Source: Candidatus Latescibacterota bacterium (GTDB taxonomy: Bacteria; Latescibacterota; UBA2968). Taken from it: a stretch of 64,000 bases of DNA. The notes under the pieces were generated by a model that searched no databases, had not been told where the DNA came from, and saw only the letters and a program-made list of their open reading frames with translations. Where the stretch lies: assembly GCA_965198115.1 (NCBI GenBank), contig OZ240241.1, positions 8,000,001 to 8,064,000 of the forward strand, in the 5' to 3' direction. Position 1 is the first letter of the stretch; every line of letters begins with the position of its first letter. A program made the position numbers and the translations under genes. Positions 42,996-53,821 of this stretch are shown here, in pieces.

Positions 42996-44415
42996 GGCTC
43001 TATCCGGGTTTCTCAACGGTGAAACTATAGAATGACAAGGTCATAGATCGTTCCCTACGCTTGGTTGTGTGTGTAGGACAATCAAAGCGAAGGGGGTGCG
43101 ACCTATGACCGGGAGCAGATTACTATCGAAACTGCTGAGATTCAAGGGGTTCCGTGTTGTCAGCTGGTGGTTTGAGGGGAGAAGCTGCTTCGTCATCGCC
43201 GTAAAGCCACATAAGAATGGTTGTTGTTGTCCGGAGTGCGGCCGTCGAGGTAAAATCGTCCGCACAATGCCCCATCCGCGTCGGTGGCGTGACATTCCGG
43301 TGTGCGGGTGGAGGGTCTGGCTTCTCTACCATCCTCGGGAGATTCGGTGTCCTACCCACGGTCGTGTGGTCGAGGAGATTCCGTGGGCGGAGCGGTTCTC
43401 TCGGGTGACGTATCGCTTCGAGTATGCCATGCTGCGCTACTGCCAGACCATGACGCAGAAGGCGGCGTCCGAGTTACTGCGCATCTCTGCCTCGACGCTG
43501 TCGGATCTCCTTCACCGATCCATCACGCGGCTTCGTGAAGGTCATCGTATCCGAGGGCTCAAAACCATCGGGATCGACGAGATCTCCTACGCCAAGCGTC
43601 ACAGGTACGCCACGCTCGTTTACGATCTGGACCGCTCCTGCGTGGTGTGGGTTGGCCGCGGCAGGGCGCGTAAAACGATCGATCGGTTCTTCACAGAGGC
43701 TCTCAGTCCCTACCGGAGATCCAAGATCGAGTGGGCCTGCTGCGACATGAGCGAAGCTTACATCGGAGCCATCCAGGAACACTGTCCGAATGCCAAGCTG
43801 GTCCTCGATCGCTTTCACATCGTCAAGGCTCTCAATGCCGCCGTTGACGAGGTCCGTAAGGACCAGTGGCGTAAAGCTGCCCCGGATGAGCGCAAAGCCA
43901 TGAAGGGCCTCCGATGGCTCCTCTACCGGCACTCAGCGACACGCTCCAGAGGGGATACTCGGACACTCAAAGCACTGGAGAAGGCGAACTACCGAATCTA
44001 TAGAGCCTGGAGACTCAAGGACGAGTTCGAGCAGTTCTGGGAATACAAAGCGCCCTGGGCTGCCGAACGCTTCCTGAAATGCTGGACGACGTCCGCACTC
44101 AGAAGTCGACTTGAACCCCTGCGAAAGTTCGTCAGGACCCTGCGACAGCACTTCTTCGGCGTCCTCGCATTCGTGAACACGCGTCTTACCAACGCCATCG
44201 CCAAAGGCCTCAACCGAATCGTCCAAATCGTCAAGAACCGAGCCAGCGGATTCCGCACACTCGACGCATTCAACGATATGATCTTCCTTACCGTCGGAGA
44301 CATAAACATCCCTGAGCAGATTCCGAAGAGGTTCCGCACACGCTAACCGCGCCCCCATGCCAGGAACCACGGCACCTTCACCCACTTCATCTCGTTGAGA
44401 GATCCGAATATAGCC
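42996..44415 (+). mobile_element. ISL3-family IS, copy 2, inserted in the ISAzo13 IR
   Basis: 8-bp duplication ATAAATAA; transposase 43105-44346 carries TNAIAKGLN (E to K). Confidence 0.95.
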
Positions 44416-44983
44416 ATAAATAAACGGTCGATCTCAATGTTGAGCCATTGGCCGGATCGTGTAGTTCCAGTCGCCGTGGAAATCGTGCGGAGTGAGATCG
44501 ATTTGGGTCATCTGTTCATCGGTCACCTTGACCCCGTTAGGGTAGGGTCGCTTGTCGATCTCGGAGCGTACTCGGAGACCGGCTTGAGTGGTCGTTCCGG
44601 CAATGAGATTCACGGTTGCAGCCAGGCTGACCAGGGGCTTGCCTCGCCAGTTCATAGCGATGAAGGAGAACAGGCGATGTTCGATCTTGTTCCACTTACT
44701 AGTGCCAGGAGGGTAGTGGCATACGGTGATCGTCAGGCCAGTGCGATTCGCAAAGCGCTGCAGCTCCCACTTCCACAGCCGCGTCTTGGCGCCGTTGCTG
44801 CCGCCTGCGTCCGCCGTGATTAGCAGATGCGTCGAAGTGCCGTAGGCGGGCCGTCCCATGTTCTTCCACCAACTTCGGATCGCATTCACGGCGAAGCTGG
44901 CCGTGTCGTGATCGATACCGACACTTACCCAGCCTTCATCACGGCTCAGATCATACACTCCATAAGGGATCGCCTTGCCCTGA

Positions 44984-46277
44984 GGATTTGCCACGAAATA
45001 AGTGCTGCACTTTTCAAGGTAATGATCTTACGCTCGGAGTGTGGACGTCGAAACTCTCCGAACGAAGTATGAAGCCTTGGCTCCGGTGCTGACGGAACGC
45101 ACGCGTCGTCTGTGGGCCGCCACGGAAGCCGAAGCGTTGGGTCACGGTGGGATCGCGATTGTGGCTCTGGCGACAGGAATGTCCAGAGAGCGGATCTTTC
45201 GTGGCATTCAGGAGTTGAGGTCGGACGAACCTTTGGACCCGGCTCGCATCCGGCGTCCAGGCGGCGGTCGTAAGCGGAAGGCCGACACGGACCCGACGCT
45301 GTGGCAGGACCTGAATGATCTGGTCGAGCCAACGACTGCGGGGTCGCCTGACGACAATCCTCTGAGATGGACATCGAAGAGCACTCGCAAACTGGCCGCC
45401 GAGTTGCAAGCGATGGGGCATTCGGTGAGCCCCAGGATCGTTGCCAATCTCCTGCACGAACACGATTACACGCTGCAGGCGAATCGGAAGACAAGGGAGG
45501 GATCTGCACACCCGGATCGGGACGCTCAGTTCGTTTACCTCGATGATCGGATTAGCCAGCAGCAGCAGCAGGGCCTTCCCGTTATCTCGGTGGACACCAA
45601 GAAGAAAGAGTTGATCGGCGACTTCAAGAATCCTGGCCGAGAATGGCGACCCAAGGGAGACCCGGAGCGTGTGAAGGTACACGATTTCATAGTGCCTGCT
45701 CAGGGCAAGGCGATCCCTTATGGAGTGTATGATCTGAGCCGTGATGAAGGCTGGGTAAGTGTCGGTATCGATCACGACACGGCCAGCTTCGCCGTGAATG
45801 CGATCCGAAGTTGGTGGAAGAACATGGGACGGCCCGCCTACGGCACTTCGACGCATCTGCTAATCACGGCGGACGCAGGCGGCAGCAACGGCGCCAAGAC
45901 GCGGCTGTGGAAGTGGGAGCTGCAGCGCTTTGCGAATCGCACTGGCCTGACGATCACCGTATGCCACTACCCTCCTGGCACTAGTAAGTGGAACAAGATC
46001 GAACATCGCCTGTTCTCCTTCATCGCTATGAACTGGCGAGGCAAGCCCCTGGTCAGCCTGGCTGCAACCGTGAATCTCATTGCCGGAACGACCACTCAAG
46101 CCGGTCTCCGAGTACGCTCCGAGATCGACAAGCGACCCTACCCTAACGGGGTCAAGGTGACCGATGAACAGATGACCCAAATCGATCTCACTCCGCACGA
46201 TTTCCACGGCGACTGGAACTACACGATCCGGCCAATGGCTCAACATTGAGATCGACCGTTTATTTATTCGCGAACCC
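44984..46277 (+). mobile_element. ISAzo13-family IS, copy 4, inserted in copy 3 in opposite orientation
   Basis: TGA duplication (44981-83, 46278-80); intact transposase 45041-46249; left end reads GGATTTG. Confidence 0.95.
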
Positions 46278-47200
46278 TGAGCAGGCACTATGAAATCGTG
46301 TACCTTCACACGCTCCGGGTCTCCCTTGGGTCGCCATTCTCGGCCAGGATTCTTGAAGTCGCCGATCAACTCTTTCTTCTTGGTGTCCACCGAGATAACG
46401 GGAAGGCCCTGCTGCTGCTGCTGGCTAATCCGATCATCGAGGTAAACGAACTGAGCGTCCCGATCCGGGTGTGCAGATCCCTCCCTTGTCTTCCGATTCG
46501 CCTGCAGCGTGTAATCGTGTTCGTGCAGGAGATTGGCAACGATCCTGGGGCTCACCGAATGCCCCATCGCTTGCAACTCGGCGGCCAGTTTGCGAGTGCT
46601 CTTCGATGTCCATCTCAGAGGATTGTCGTCAGGCGACCCCGCAGTCGTTGGCTCGACCAGATCATTCAGGTCCTGCCACAGCGTCGGGTCCGTGTCGGCC
46701 TTCCGCTTACGACCGCCGCCTGGACGCCGGATGCGAGCCGGGTCCAAAGGTTCGTCCGACCTCAACTCCTGAATGCCACGAAAGATCCGCTCTCTGGACA
46801 TTCCTGTCGCCAGAGCCACAATCGCGATCCCACCGTGACCCAACGCTTCGGCTTCCGTGGCGGCCCACAGACGACGCGTGCGTTCCGTCAGCACCGGAGC
46901 CAAGGCTTCATACTTCGTTCGGAGAGTTTCGACGTCCACACTCCGAGCGTAAGATCATTACCTTGAAAAGTGCAGCACTTATTTCGTGGCAAACCCTAAA
47001 CAGCAATTTACACCTTCGCGCCTGCGTGCACGCACGAAAGAGAACGAGATGAGCACGTGGCCGACATCCGACGATACGACAACGGCACACGCGTAACCGA
47101 CATCGTTGCTTTTCTGCACGTGAAACTGCTGACGGGCCGACCCGGTCATGAGTCAGTGAACCCCTGAACGTAGAGGACACTGATTGTCTGGAGGGTCGTC

Positions 47201-47740
47201 ATGCTCAGAGCGCTGTTGTGTGCGGTTGCCTTGGTGTCTTGCCAGGACCGGCTTGCCTACCTGCAGCAAACCTGCGGAGGAACCTGGGAGTTGCAGTCGA
47301 GGGAGCTGTCTGACGGAACGGTCTTGCATCGACCGGATGTCGTTGGATTGATGTACTGGCACGCCATCGACACGCGAAAAGCACACGTCACCGTGACGAT
47401 TATAGCCAAGGGTGAACACTTCAGGCTGGATCACTCGGCAAGCACTTACGAAATCTCCACTTCCGCAATCACCCGGAAGCGACACTTCCTCGCCAAGAAG
47501 GGCTACAGACCGACAGAGGTTGGAGTTCAGAGCTATTCGGTGGAACTCACACGAAAGGGGAAACTATCGATCGAAGATGACGACTCGATCGTCATGACGC
47601 ATCTGGCCATTCCCGATGAAGCCAGTCATCGAGGCGACCAAATAGGGTACAGGCAGGTGTTCCAGGGGAACACCATGGTTGCCTCCTATCAGGACACCTT
47701 CAGGGACACGTGGAAAAAGCTGACACCATCCGGCCAATGA
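47201..47740 (+). CDS. Hypothetical lipoprotein
   Basis: GGAGG RBS; lipobox-like LVSC; beta-rich, starting GTWELQSR. Confidence 0.65.
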   Translation: MLRALLCAVALVSCQDRLAYLQQTCGGTWELQSRELSDGTVLHRPDVVGLMYWHAIDTRKAHVTVTIIAKGEHFRLDHSASTYEISTSAITRKRHFLAKKGYRPTEVGVQSYSVELTRKGKLSIEDDDSIVMTHLAIPDEASHRGDQIGYRQVFQGNTMVASYQDTFRDTWKKLTPSGQ

Positions 47741-47818
47741 TCTGATCGAACAACCAGGTCATCTGTTCCAGCCAAGGTCCGTGTAGCTGGCTTCAGGGGC
47801 GAAGCCGTCTCCGCTTTG

Positions 47819-48835
47819 TCACTGGTCAATGCCTGCCATCCACAATTCTCCAAACCCCTCCGTCATCTTGATGTAGGGTCTTCCCTCATCGTCCAACAGG
47901 ACGAAACACCCTTCGATACCCTCCGTCGCAGTGATGAAGGCAAGCCCATCTTCTACGCCCATCACGAAGGCCGCCGTCGCTGCCGCATCCACCAGCGCTT
48001 CGTCCGGACCCACGACGGTCACACTCGCGACCGCATCCACAGGCTGACCCGAACGCGGATCCAGAATATGGCCGTAACGACGACCTCCGATCCTCACAAA
48101 ACGCTCATAACCTCCCGAGGTCGCCACGGAGGCATCTCTGACGTGCAACGGACCCAGGACCCCTTCCTGGCGCGTGGGATCCTGTAGGGCAACCGGACCC
48201 TGTGCCTCTTCGCCGAAAACCATCAGATTTCCACCTAGATCCACCGTGCCGGCGACCGCGCCCTCCCCCAGCATGGCCTCCCGCGACAGCCCCAACGAAT
48301 AGCCCTTGGCAATGCCGCCCAGATCCACGCCTGTCACCGGAGATGCGAGCCGCAATCGCGATCCTGCCGAATCGAAAGAGATTAGCTGGTAACCGACTCC
48401 GGAAAGCACCGAATCGATCGCTCCCGCAGTCGGAATACACGTGACGCCACCGCGGAATCCCCACAGATACATCAAGGGAAGCACGGTTGGATCGAAAGCG
48501 CCGCCCGTTGCCTTCGCCACGCGGACCGCACGCTCGACGACCGCGAATGTGTGCGTATCGACCGAAACCCACCCACGGGATCCCTCCGCGTTCAACCGAG
48601 ATACGTCGCTGTTCGTCCGGTACGTGCTCATGAGGTCGTCGACGCGATGGAGGGCCCCGAACCCACGGTCTATCGCCCGCTTACACGTGACGGAGTCAGG
48701 CCCCCACGCTTGGACACGCGCGAGTGTGCCCATCACGAGCTCGACACGCTCGACGCGCACAACGAGGTCGTCGCTCGCCACCACAGGTGTGGCGACAGCT
48801 ATGACAAGGGAAAGGAGACTAGAAACTGGACCCAC
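47819..48835 (-). CDS. apbE: FAD:protein FMN transferase
   Basis: MGT, GAFDPTV, DLGGIAKGY, ATSG.YE and HILDPRSG motifs. Confidence 0.95.
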   Translation of the reverse strand: MGPVSSLLSLVIAVATPVVASDDLVVRVERVELVMGTLARVQAWGPDSVTCKRAIDRGFGALHRVDDLMSTYRTNSDVSRLNAEGSRGWVSVDTHTFAVVERAVRVAKATGGAFDPTVLPLMYLWGFRGGVTCIPTAGAIDSVLSGVGYQLISFDSAGSRLRLASPVTGVDLGGIAKGYSLGLSREAMLGEGAVAGTVDLGGNLMVFGEEAQGPVALQDPTRQEGVLGPLHVRDASVATSGGYERFVRIGGRRYGHILDPRSGQPVDAVASVTVVGPDEALVDAAATAAFVMGVEDGLAFITATEGIEGCFVLLDDEGRPYIKMTEGFGELWMAGIDQ

Positions 48836-49616
48836 GACGGGGTTTGTTGTTCCATCGTCTGAGCAGGAGAAGACCTGTCACGACGAGTGAAACGAGGGCG
48901 ATACCGGCGCCATCGTGCACGTAGCGGAACCAATCTGCGAAATAGTAGCCGGTATGGATCTGATGGATGACTTTGTATAGATCGAATGAAGAGGCATCTC
49001 CAGACGGCCGCCAGCTCGTTCCGCCGGATTCGCTCACGAAGAGACCGGAGGAGGTAACGAGGGTCATCTTCTCCGACGGGCCGATCGCCAATCGCTCCAG
49101 CCGGATTCCCTCCGCAGCCGGACGGAACCCGATCGTAAAGGGTTCCCAAACGGTCCCGCCATCGATCGAACGAATCAGCCCGTAGTCCTCGAGCGCAATA
49201 TAGATACGCTTCGAGCTGCCTGGAACAAAGACGATGTCGACCACCCCCTCGGCCGGGAACAGCATCGGGACTTCCTCCCACGTGTTTCCGCCGTCGACCG
49301 AGCGTTCGAGTGCTCGATCCGATCCGCGATAGACCACGGAAGCATCGGACGGGTCGTAGGCGACGACCTCGGTGCGCTCGGCGTTGACGCCGAACAGCTC
49401 AGGGTGGTTCAGCACGACGCCCGTCACCGCAAGTGAGATAACAAAGAGGGCCGACACGCCGCCGATCCAGCGATGCCAGGTGCGAAGGTTCTCGTTCAAC
49501 TGCCTGCCTCGACCGTTCGATGCACGTCGCCGAGCCGTCCGGCGCCACGAGAGAGGGTTTTTCCACCGACGAGTGGACGTGGTCGTCGCGCGTTCATGCT
49601 CGGATGAAATAGCCAC
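48819..49616 (-). CDS. PepSY-associated TM-helix protein with Asp-box periplasmic insert
   Basis: RTWHRWIG..VTGVVLNH; S.DGG.TW-type repeat x3; IHQIHTG..VHD..LVVTG. Start uncertain. Confidence 0.8.
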   Translation of the reverse strand: MAISSEHERATTTSTRRWKNPLSWRRTARRRASNGRGRQLNENLRTWHRWIGGVSALFVISLAVTGVVLNHPELFGVNAERTEVVAYDPSDASVVYRGSDRALERSVDGGNTWEEVPMLFPAEGVVDIVFVPGSSKRIYIALEDYGLIRSIDGGTVWEPFTIGFRPAAEGIRLERLAIGPSEKMTLVTSSGLFVSESGGTSWRPSGDASSFDLYKVIHQIHTGYYFADWFRYVHDGAGIALVSLVVTGLLLLRRWNNKPRRGSSF

Positions 49617-49617
49617 G

Positions 49618-50196
49618 TCAATCTTCCCTCTGCGGGTAAGCCGCATCCACGACAGCCAACGCCTTCTTCACACCTGCGTTCAAAGCCCTCACAGATAGCG
49701 TCGCCCCCGTCACGCCAATGATGTCACGGTTGATCCTAATCGAGCTCTTCAAGCCTTTGCCTCGATACTGCCTCAGGAAACGCTGACGACGGACCTCGCC
49801 CCCACGCGATTCCCTATAAACCATCACGTGCACCGCTTCGACTTTTCGATCCTCGTCGATCTTCGTCAGAAAGGTAATTGGTCTGTAAAGCCCGATCTCG
49901 TTGCTGACAATCGCAAATCCCATCGGCTTGCCACCCCCAACTCCTCGGTGAATCGTGTAGGTCGAGTCGACCACGCGCCACCCAAGACGTCGCTCTAGCG
50001 CCCGAAGGTCTTCTCGCTCGGCCGTCCTCGTTTCCGCCCAAACGGTATCCGCCTCTTCGAAGACCTCTTCCAGCGCTTCCTCAAGGGTCAGGTAAACGAC
50101 GATGTGTTCCGGACCATCCGGACTCTCCGCAGGAAGCTGCGCGCTGGCATCGATCGCCAGACAGAACGTCAATAGGAGAATCAGATCACTTCCCAC
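49618..50196 (-). CDS. Exported FMN-binding domain protein
   Basis: YRESRGGEV; flavinylation motif D..GVTGATLS. Confidence 0.9.
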   Translation of the reverse strand: MGSDLILLLTFCLAIDASAQLPAESPDGPEHIVVYLTLEEALEEVFEEADTVWAETRTAEREDLRALERRLGWRVVDSTYTIHRGVGGGKPMGFAIVSNEIGLYRPITFLTKIDEDRKVEAVHVMVYRESRGGEVRRQRFLRQYRGKGLKSSIRINRDIIGVTGATLSVRALNAGVKKALAVVDAAYPQRED

Positions 50197-50324
50197 CTCC
50201 GGCTAAGCCGCCGTGCTCTGCACGGGCATGTGGCCTCAGCCGGTTAGCCAAACTCGGGATGTCACCGTGCAAAGCACGGGGACGAGCGTGAAGCCGGGCT
50301 TTCGTGTATTTCGTGGTTCCTGGT

Positions 50325-51473
50325 TCAGAAGTACGTCGACACCGAAAAAAAGAACCGCCCTGCTACGCCGCCTCGAGCCCCGTTGGCCGGTGTCTTCCAG
50401 ATCGACGCATAGTCGAACTTGAACACCGCGTCCTCGACCGGGCGGAAGTTGAGGCCCAACGTCAACCCCAGCTCGGAGTCGCCCTTCGCGTCCGTGTCGT
50501 AGTCCACCCAATCCCATCGGACCACACCCGTGAAGACCGAGCCGGGCAGGAAATGATCGTGACCGAAGTGGACATTCGCCTGTCCGTATGCGCCTTGCTG
50601 TGACTCCGCCGTGGCTGGATGGGCTGTCAGGTCGACATCCGCGGCGACCCGTCCGTACTCACCCTGCACCTCCCAGATACCTCTGACGACCTTCGCGTCG
50701 AGCCCGAGAATCGTCAGGTTGTGATCGCCTGCGTCGTCGTAGGCTCCTGTGTGAATCGATGCACCGAAGTTCATGCCCAACCGTGGACTCAGCCCGAATC
50801 GGGCGGTGACCGCCTTGTTCTGGTTGTTGTCGCTCTTCTGACTTCCACGCCCACCTCGAACGCGAAGTCCGCCGGAACTGCTGATGACCTTGTCGTTGAA
50901 CCCATTGACGACGTAGATCTCGTAAGACGCCACAGAGAGTTCGGAGGGGTAAAAGGTCCCGTAAAAACCCATCCCCGATTCGCTCAACGTCGATGGCATG
51001 ATCTGCCGGTTGACCGTCGGACGTTCGGTCAGGTCGTTGAGCGGACTGTCGTGCAGCAGATTGAAGACACCCAGCGGAGCGAGAATGACACCGCCACGAT
51101 AGTTGAAGCTTTCGGTGAACTCGAAGTCCATCACGGCATACTCGAGCTTGATCTCCCCGTCCGTCGTCCCTCCTCCCTTGACGAAGCCGCCGTGTTCGAA
51201 CTCAATCTCCGCCGTCACCCGGACCCGATTGCTGACCTGACCGTAGATGAAAGGAATGAACCGATGCTGATCGAACGTGCTCTTTCCCCCCTCGTTCCAC
51301 TCGAATTCGTGGTCCAGGTAACCCCCGATCGTCACCCCGCGACCGGCGCGCCTCAGGTAGGGTTTGTCGTAGATTCCCCCCGGTAGCTCCGGACGGGGTT
51401 CCTTCTCCTCACCGACCGAAGGGGACGGCAGGGTGAAGAACAGCCCCAGGAGAACCAGAAATGCCCGCGACAT
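50325..51473 (-). CDS. Outer-membrane beta-barrel (porin-like)
   Basis: Signal peptide; EIEFEHG..GEIKLE; alternating beta pattern; terminal YF. Confidence 0.8.
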   Translation of the reverse strand: MSRAFLVLLGLFFTLPSPSVGEEKEPRPELPGGIYDKPYLRRAGRGVTIGGYLDHEFEWNEGGKSTFDQHRFIPFIYGQVSNRVRVTAEIEFEHGGFVKGGGTTDGEIKLEYAVMDFEFTESFNYRGGVILAPLGVFNLLHDSPLNDLTERPTVNRQIMPSTLSESGMGFYGTFYPSELSVASYEIYVVNGFNDKVISSSGGLRVRGGRGSQKSDNNQNKAVTARFGLSPRLGMNFGASIHTGAYDDAGDHNLTILGLDAKVVRGIWEVQGEYGRVAADVDLTAHPATAESQQGAYGQANVHFGHDHFLPGSVFTGVVRWDWVDYDTDAKGDSELGLTLGLNFRPVEDAVFKFDYASIWKTPANGARGGVAGRFFFSVSTYF

Positions 51474-51514
51474 CCGCCACCTCCGAAACCCATTTGTTAT
51501 GCTAGTCATACTTA

Positions 51515-51573
51515 TGTTTTATATGCCAAACATCTGATAACTTCATTATACACGCGGGCTATACCTGTGTCAA
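51515..51573 (-). promoter_or_regulatory. Consensus sigma70 promoter plus palindromic operator
   Basis: TTGACA-17-TATAAT (51573-51545); TGTTT-N8-AAACA at 51515-51532. Confidence 0.85.
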
Positions 51574-51589
51574 CCCGATTTTTCACGAA

Positions 51590-53467
51590 TTACCCTCCCA
51601 ATCCGACCATCGACGTCACCTGAAAGACCGCGAAGGCTCCGACATAGGCGAGGATCGTCATGTACATGAAGGAGAACCCCGCCCATCCCCACGATCCGGA
51701 TTCGCGGCGTATGACCGCCAGCGTCGACGAGCATTGAGCGCATAGCGCAAAGAAAACCATCACCGACAGCGCGACCGGAATCGTGAACGCGGGGCTTCCG
51801 TCTTCCCGCCGCGCATCGATCAGCGCGCTCTTCAGCGATTCCACGTCCTCGCCTCGATCCTCCACGCTGTAGATCGTCGCCAAAGAAGCCACGACAATCT
51901 CCCGAGCAGGAAAAGCGCTCAAAGAGGCAACCGCCAAACGCCAGTCCCACCCAAGGGGTTCGACGGCCGGCTCGATCAGACGTCCCGCCCGACCGAGGAA
52001 GCTGTTTCGGAGGACGGCAGTCTCATCAGCCCCGCCCCGCGGAAACGTGGCAAGCGCCCAGATAATCAATGAAGCAACGAAGATGACCGTGCCCGCCCGG
52101 CGCAGAAAAGCGTGGCACGCGTGGTAGACGCGAAGCCAGATCGTGCGCGCGTTCGGAACCTTGTAGGATGGCAGTTCCATCAGGAAAGGACCGGACGTTC
52201 CTCTGAGCGTCGATCGCTTCAGGATCCTCGCCACGGGTATGGCGACGACGATTCCCAACAGGTAGAGTCCCATCATCGTCAGACCCTGAAGGCCAATCCA
52301 CCCACCGATCGCAATGTTCGGGATGAACGCCGCGATGAACAGCGTATACACCGGAAGACGAGCCGAGCAACTCATAAGCGGAGCGACGAGGATCGTAGCC
52401 AGTCGATCTCTCCGGTCTTCGATCGTTCGGGCGGCCATGATGCCCGGCACCGCACAGGCGAAACTGCAAAGCATGGGAATGACCGAACGACCGGACAGAC
52501 CGCACCACCGCATCAGACGGTCCATCAACAAAGCCGCCCTCGGCATGTAGCCACAATCTTCCAGGACCGAAATCGCGAAGAACAGGAAGGCGATCTGAGG
52601 AAGGAAAATCACGACGCTGCCGACACCCGCGACCGCTCCGTCGACCACCAGACTTCGCACGAGACCTCGCGGGACGTAAGCACCGATCCAGTGCCCCAGT
52701 GTCGCCACCGTTCGGTCGATCACATCCATCACCGGCGCCGACCAGCTGAAAATGGCTTGGAAGACGATCAGCATGACGGCGAAGAAAACGACGGATCCGT
52801 AAACGGGATGGGTCACAACCCGGTCGACACGATCGGAACGACTGTCGAAGAGTCCCTCCGGGCGGGTGACGGCTCCGTCGAGAATCGTGTCGATCCAAGT
52901 CTCCGAATCAGACTCGGGTGAGGACATCGGTTTCCGGGGCGATCGTAAGCAGGCGATCAGGTCCTCGATACCCTCGCGTCGAGTGGCGCAGACCTCCACC
53001 ACGTCGATTCCAAGACGGGCAGCGATGCGTGCACAGTCGACGGCAATACCCTTCTGTCGGCCGATATCGACCATGTTGATGGCCAGAACGCAGGGCAGAC
53101 CCGTTTGCACGACCTCGGCAACGAGGTTGAAGTTTCTTTTCAGATGAACAGCGTCGACGACAATCAGGACTGCGGAGAGGGGACGCTCGTCTTCGAGCCG
53201 GTTTTGGAGGACTTCCCCGACGACTCTTTCGTCGGGCGAACGACCCGTAAGCGTGTAGCTCCCGGGAAGGTCAAGGAGGTCGAGGTGGAATCGGTCGGCT
53301 ACACGGAGGCTGCCTTGTTTGCGCTCGACCGTCACACCCGCGTAGTTGCCGACCCGCTGATGCATTCCGGTCAGAGCATTAAAAAGGGTCGTCTTACCCG
53401 TATTTGGGTTTCCGACGACCCCGATGAGTGGCGACTCGGTGTCCGCCTCTTTAAGGGAAGGGTTCAC
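51590..53467 (-). CDS. feoB: Ferrous iron transport protein B
   Basis: GNPNTGKT, VGNYAGVTVE, DLPG, NMVD, CSARLPVY and MELP.Y motifs. Confidence 0.97.
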   Translation of the reverse strand: MNPSLKEADTESPLIGVVGNPNTGKTTLFNALTGMHQRVGNYAGVTVERKQGSLRVADRFHLDLLDLPGSYTLTGRSPDERVVGEVLQNRLEDERPLSAVLIVVDAVHLKRNFNLVAEVVQTGLPCVLAINMVDIGRQKGIAVDCARIAARLGIDVVEVCATRREGIEDLIACLRSPRKPMSSPESDSETWIDTILDGAVTRPEGLFDSRSDRVDRVVTHPVYGSVVFFAVMLIVFQAIFSWSAPVMDVIDRTVATLGHWIGAYVPRGLVRSLVVDGAVAGVGSVVIFLPQIAFLFFAISVLEDCGYMPRAALLMDRLMRWCGLSGRSVIPMLCSFACAVPGIMAARTIEDRRDRLATILVAPLMSCSARLPVYTLFIAAFIPNIAIGGWIGLQGLTMMGLYLLGIVVAIPVARILKRSTLRGTSGPFLMELPSYKVPNARTIWLRVYHACHAFLRRAGTVIFVASLIIWALATFPRGGADETAVLRNSFLGRAGRLIEPAVEPLGWDWRLAVASLSAFPAREIVVASLATIYSVEDRGEDVESLKSALIDARREDGSPAFTIPVALSVMVFFALCAQCSSTLAVIRRESGSWGWAGFSFMYMTILAYVGAFAVFQVTSMVGLGG

Positions 53468-53769
53468 GCAGCACGTGCTTCAGCGACCACGGGTTCTACC
53501 GTGATCCGCCGAGCATCTTCCTCCCTCAGACAAAACCGGCCCCCCTCGGTGTGCACGACCACAGCTGTCCCGCGTCGTAGGAGACGCACAGCGACACCCG
53601 GCACGATTCCGACGGCGCGAAGCCGATCCGATAAACCGTTCGATGAGTCGATCGCTAACACGGTCGCCAGTTCCTGAGTCTGGAGGTGGTTCAGATGAAG
53701 CGGTTTATCATTTTGGCGCAGATCGTCATCAACCAGCCGGATGAACCCTAACACGTCGTTTCTCCTCAT
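53464..53769 (-). CDS. feoA: Ferrous iron transport protein A
   Basis: RLRAVGIVPG..V motif; overlaps the feoB start. Confidence 0.85.
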   Translation of the reverse strand: MRRNDVLGFIRLVDDDLRQNDKPLHLNHLQTQELATVLAIDSSNGLSDRLRAVGIVPGVAVRLLRRGTAVVVHTEGGRFCLREEDARRITVEPVVAEARAA

Positions 53770-53821
53770 TATAATAGATCCATGGGCGAGCAGCGGCCCA
53801 CAATTAGCCTTGCAAAGCGGT

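Larger units (their letters stand above)
42981..46996 (-). mobile_element. ISAzo13-family IS, copy 3 (outer, interrupted twice)
   Basis: Pieces 42981-42995, 44416-44983 and 46278-46996 reconstitute the element; TAA on both flanks; right IR lacks GCG. Confidence 0.92.

Noticed and set aside
45860-46939. Novel 359-aa chimeric transposase
   Set aside because: It is the 5' half of the interrupted outer copy reading into the antisense strand of the inserted copy.
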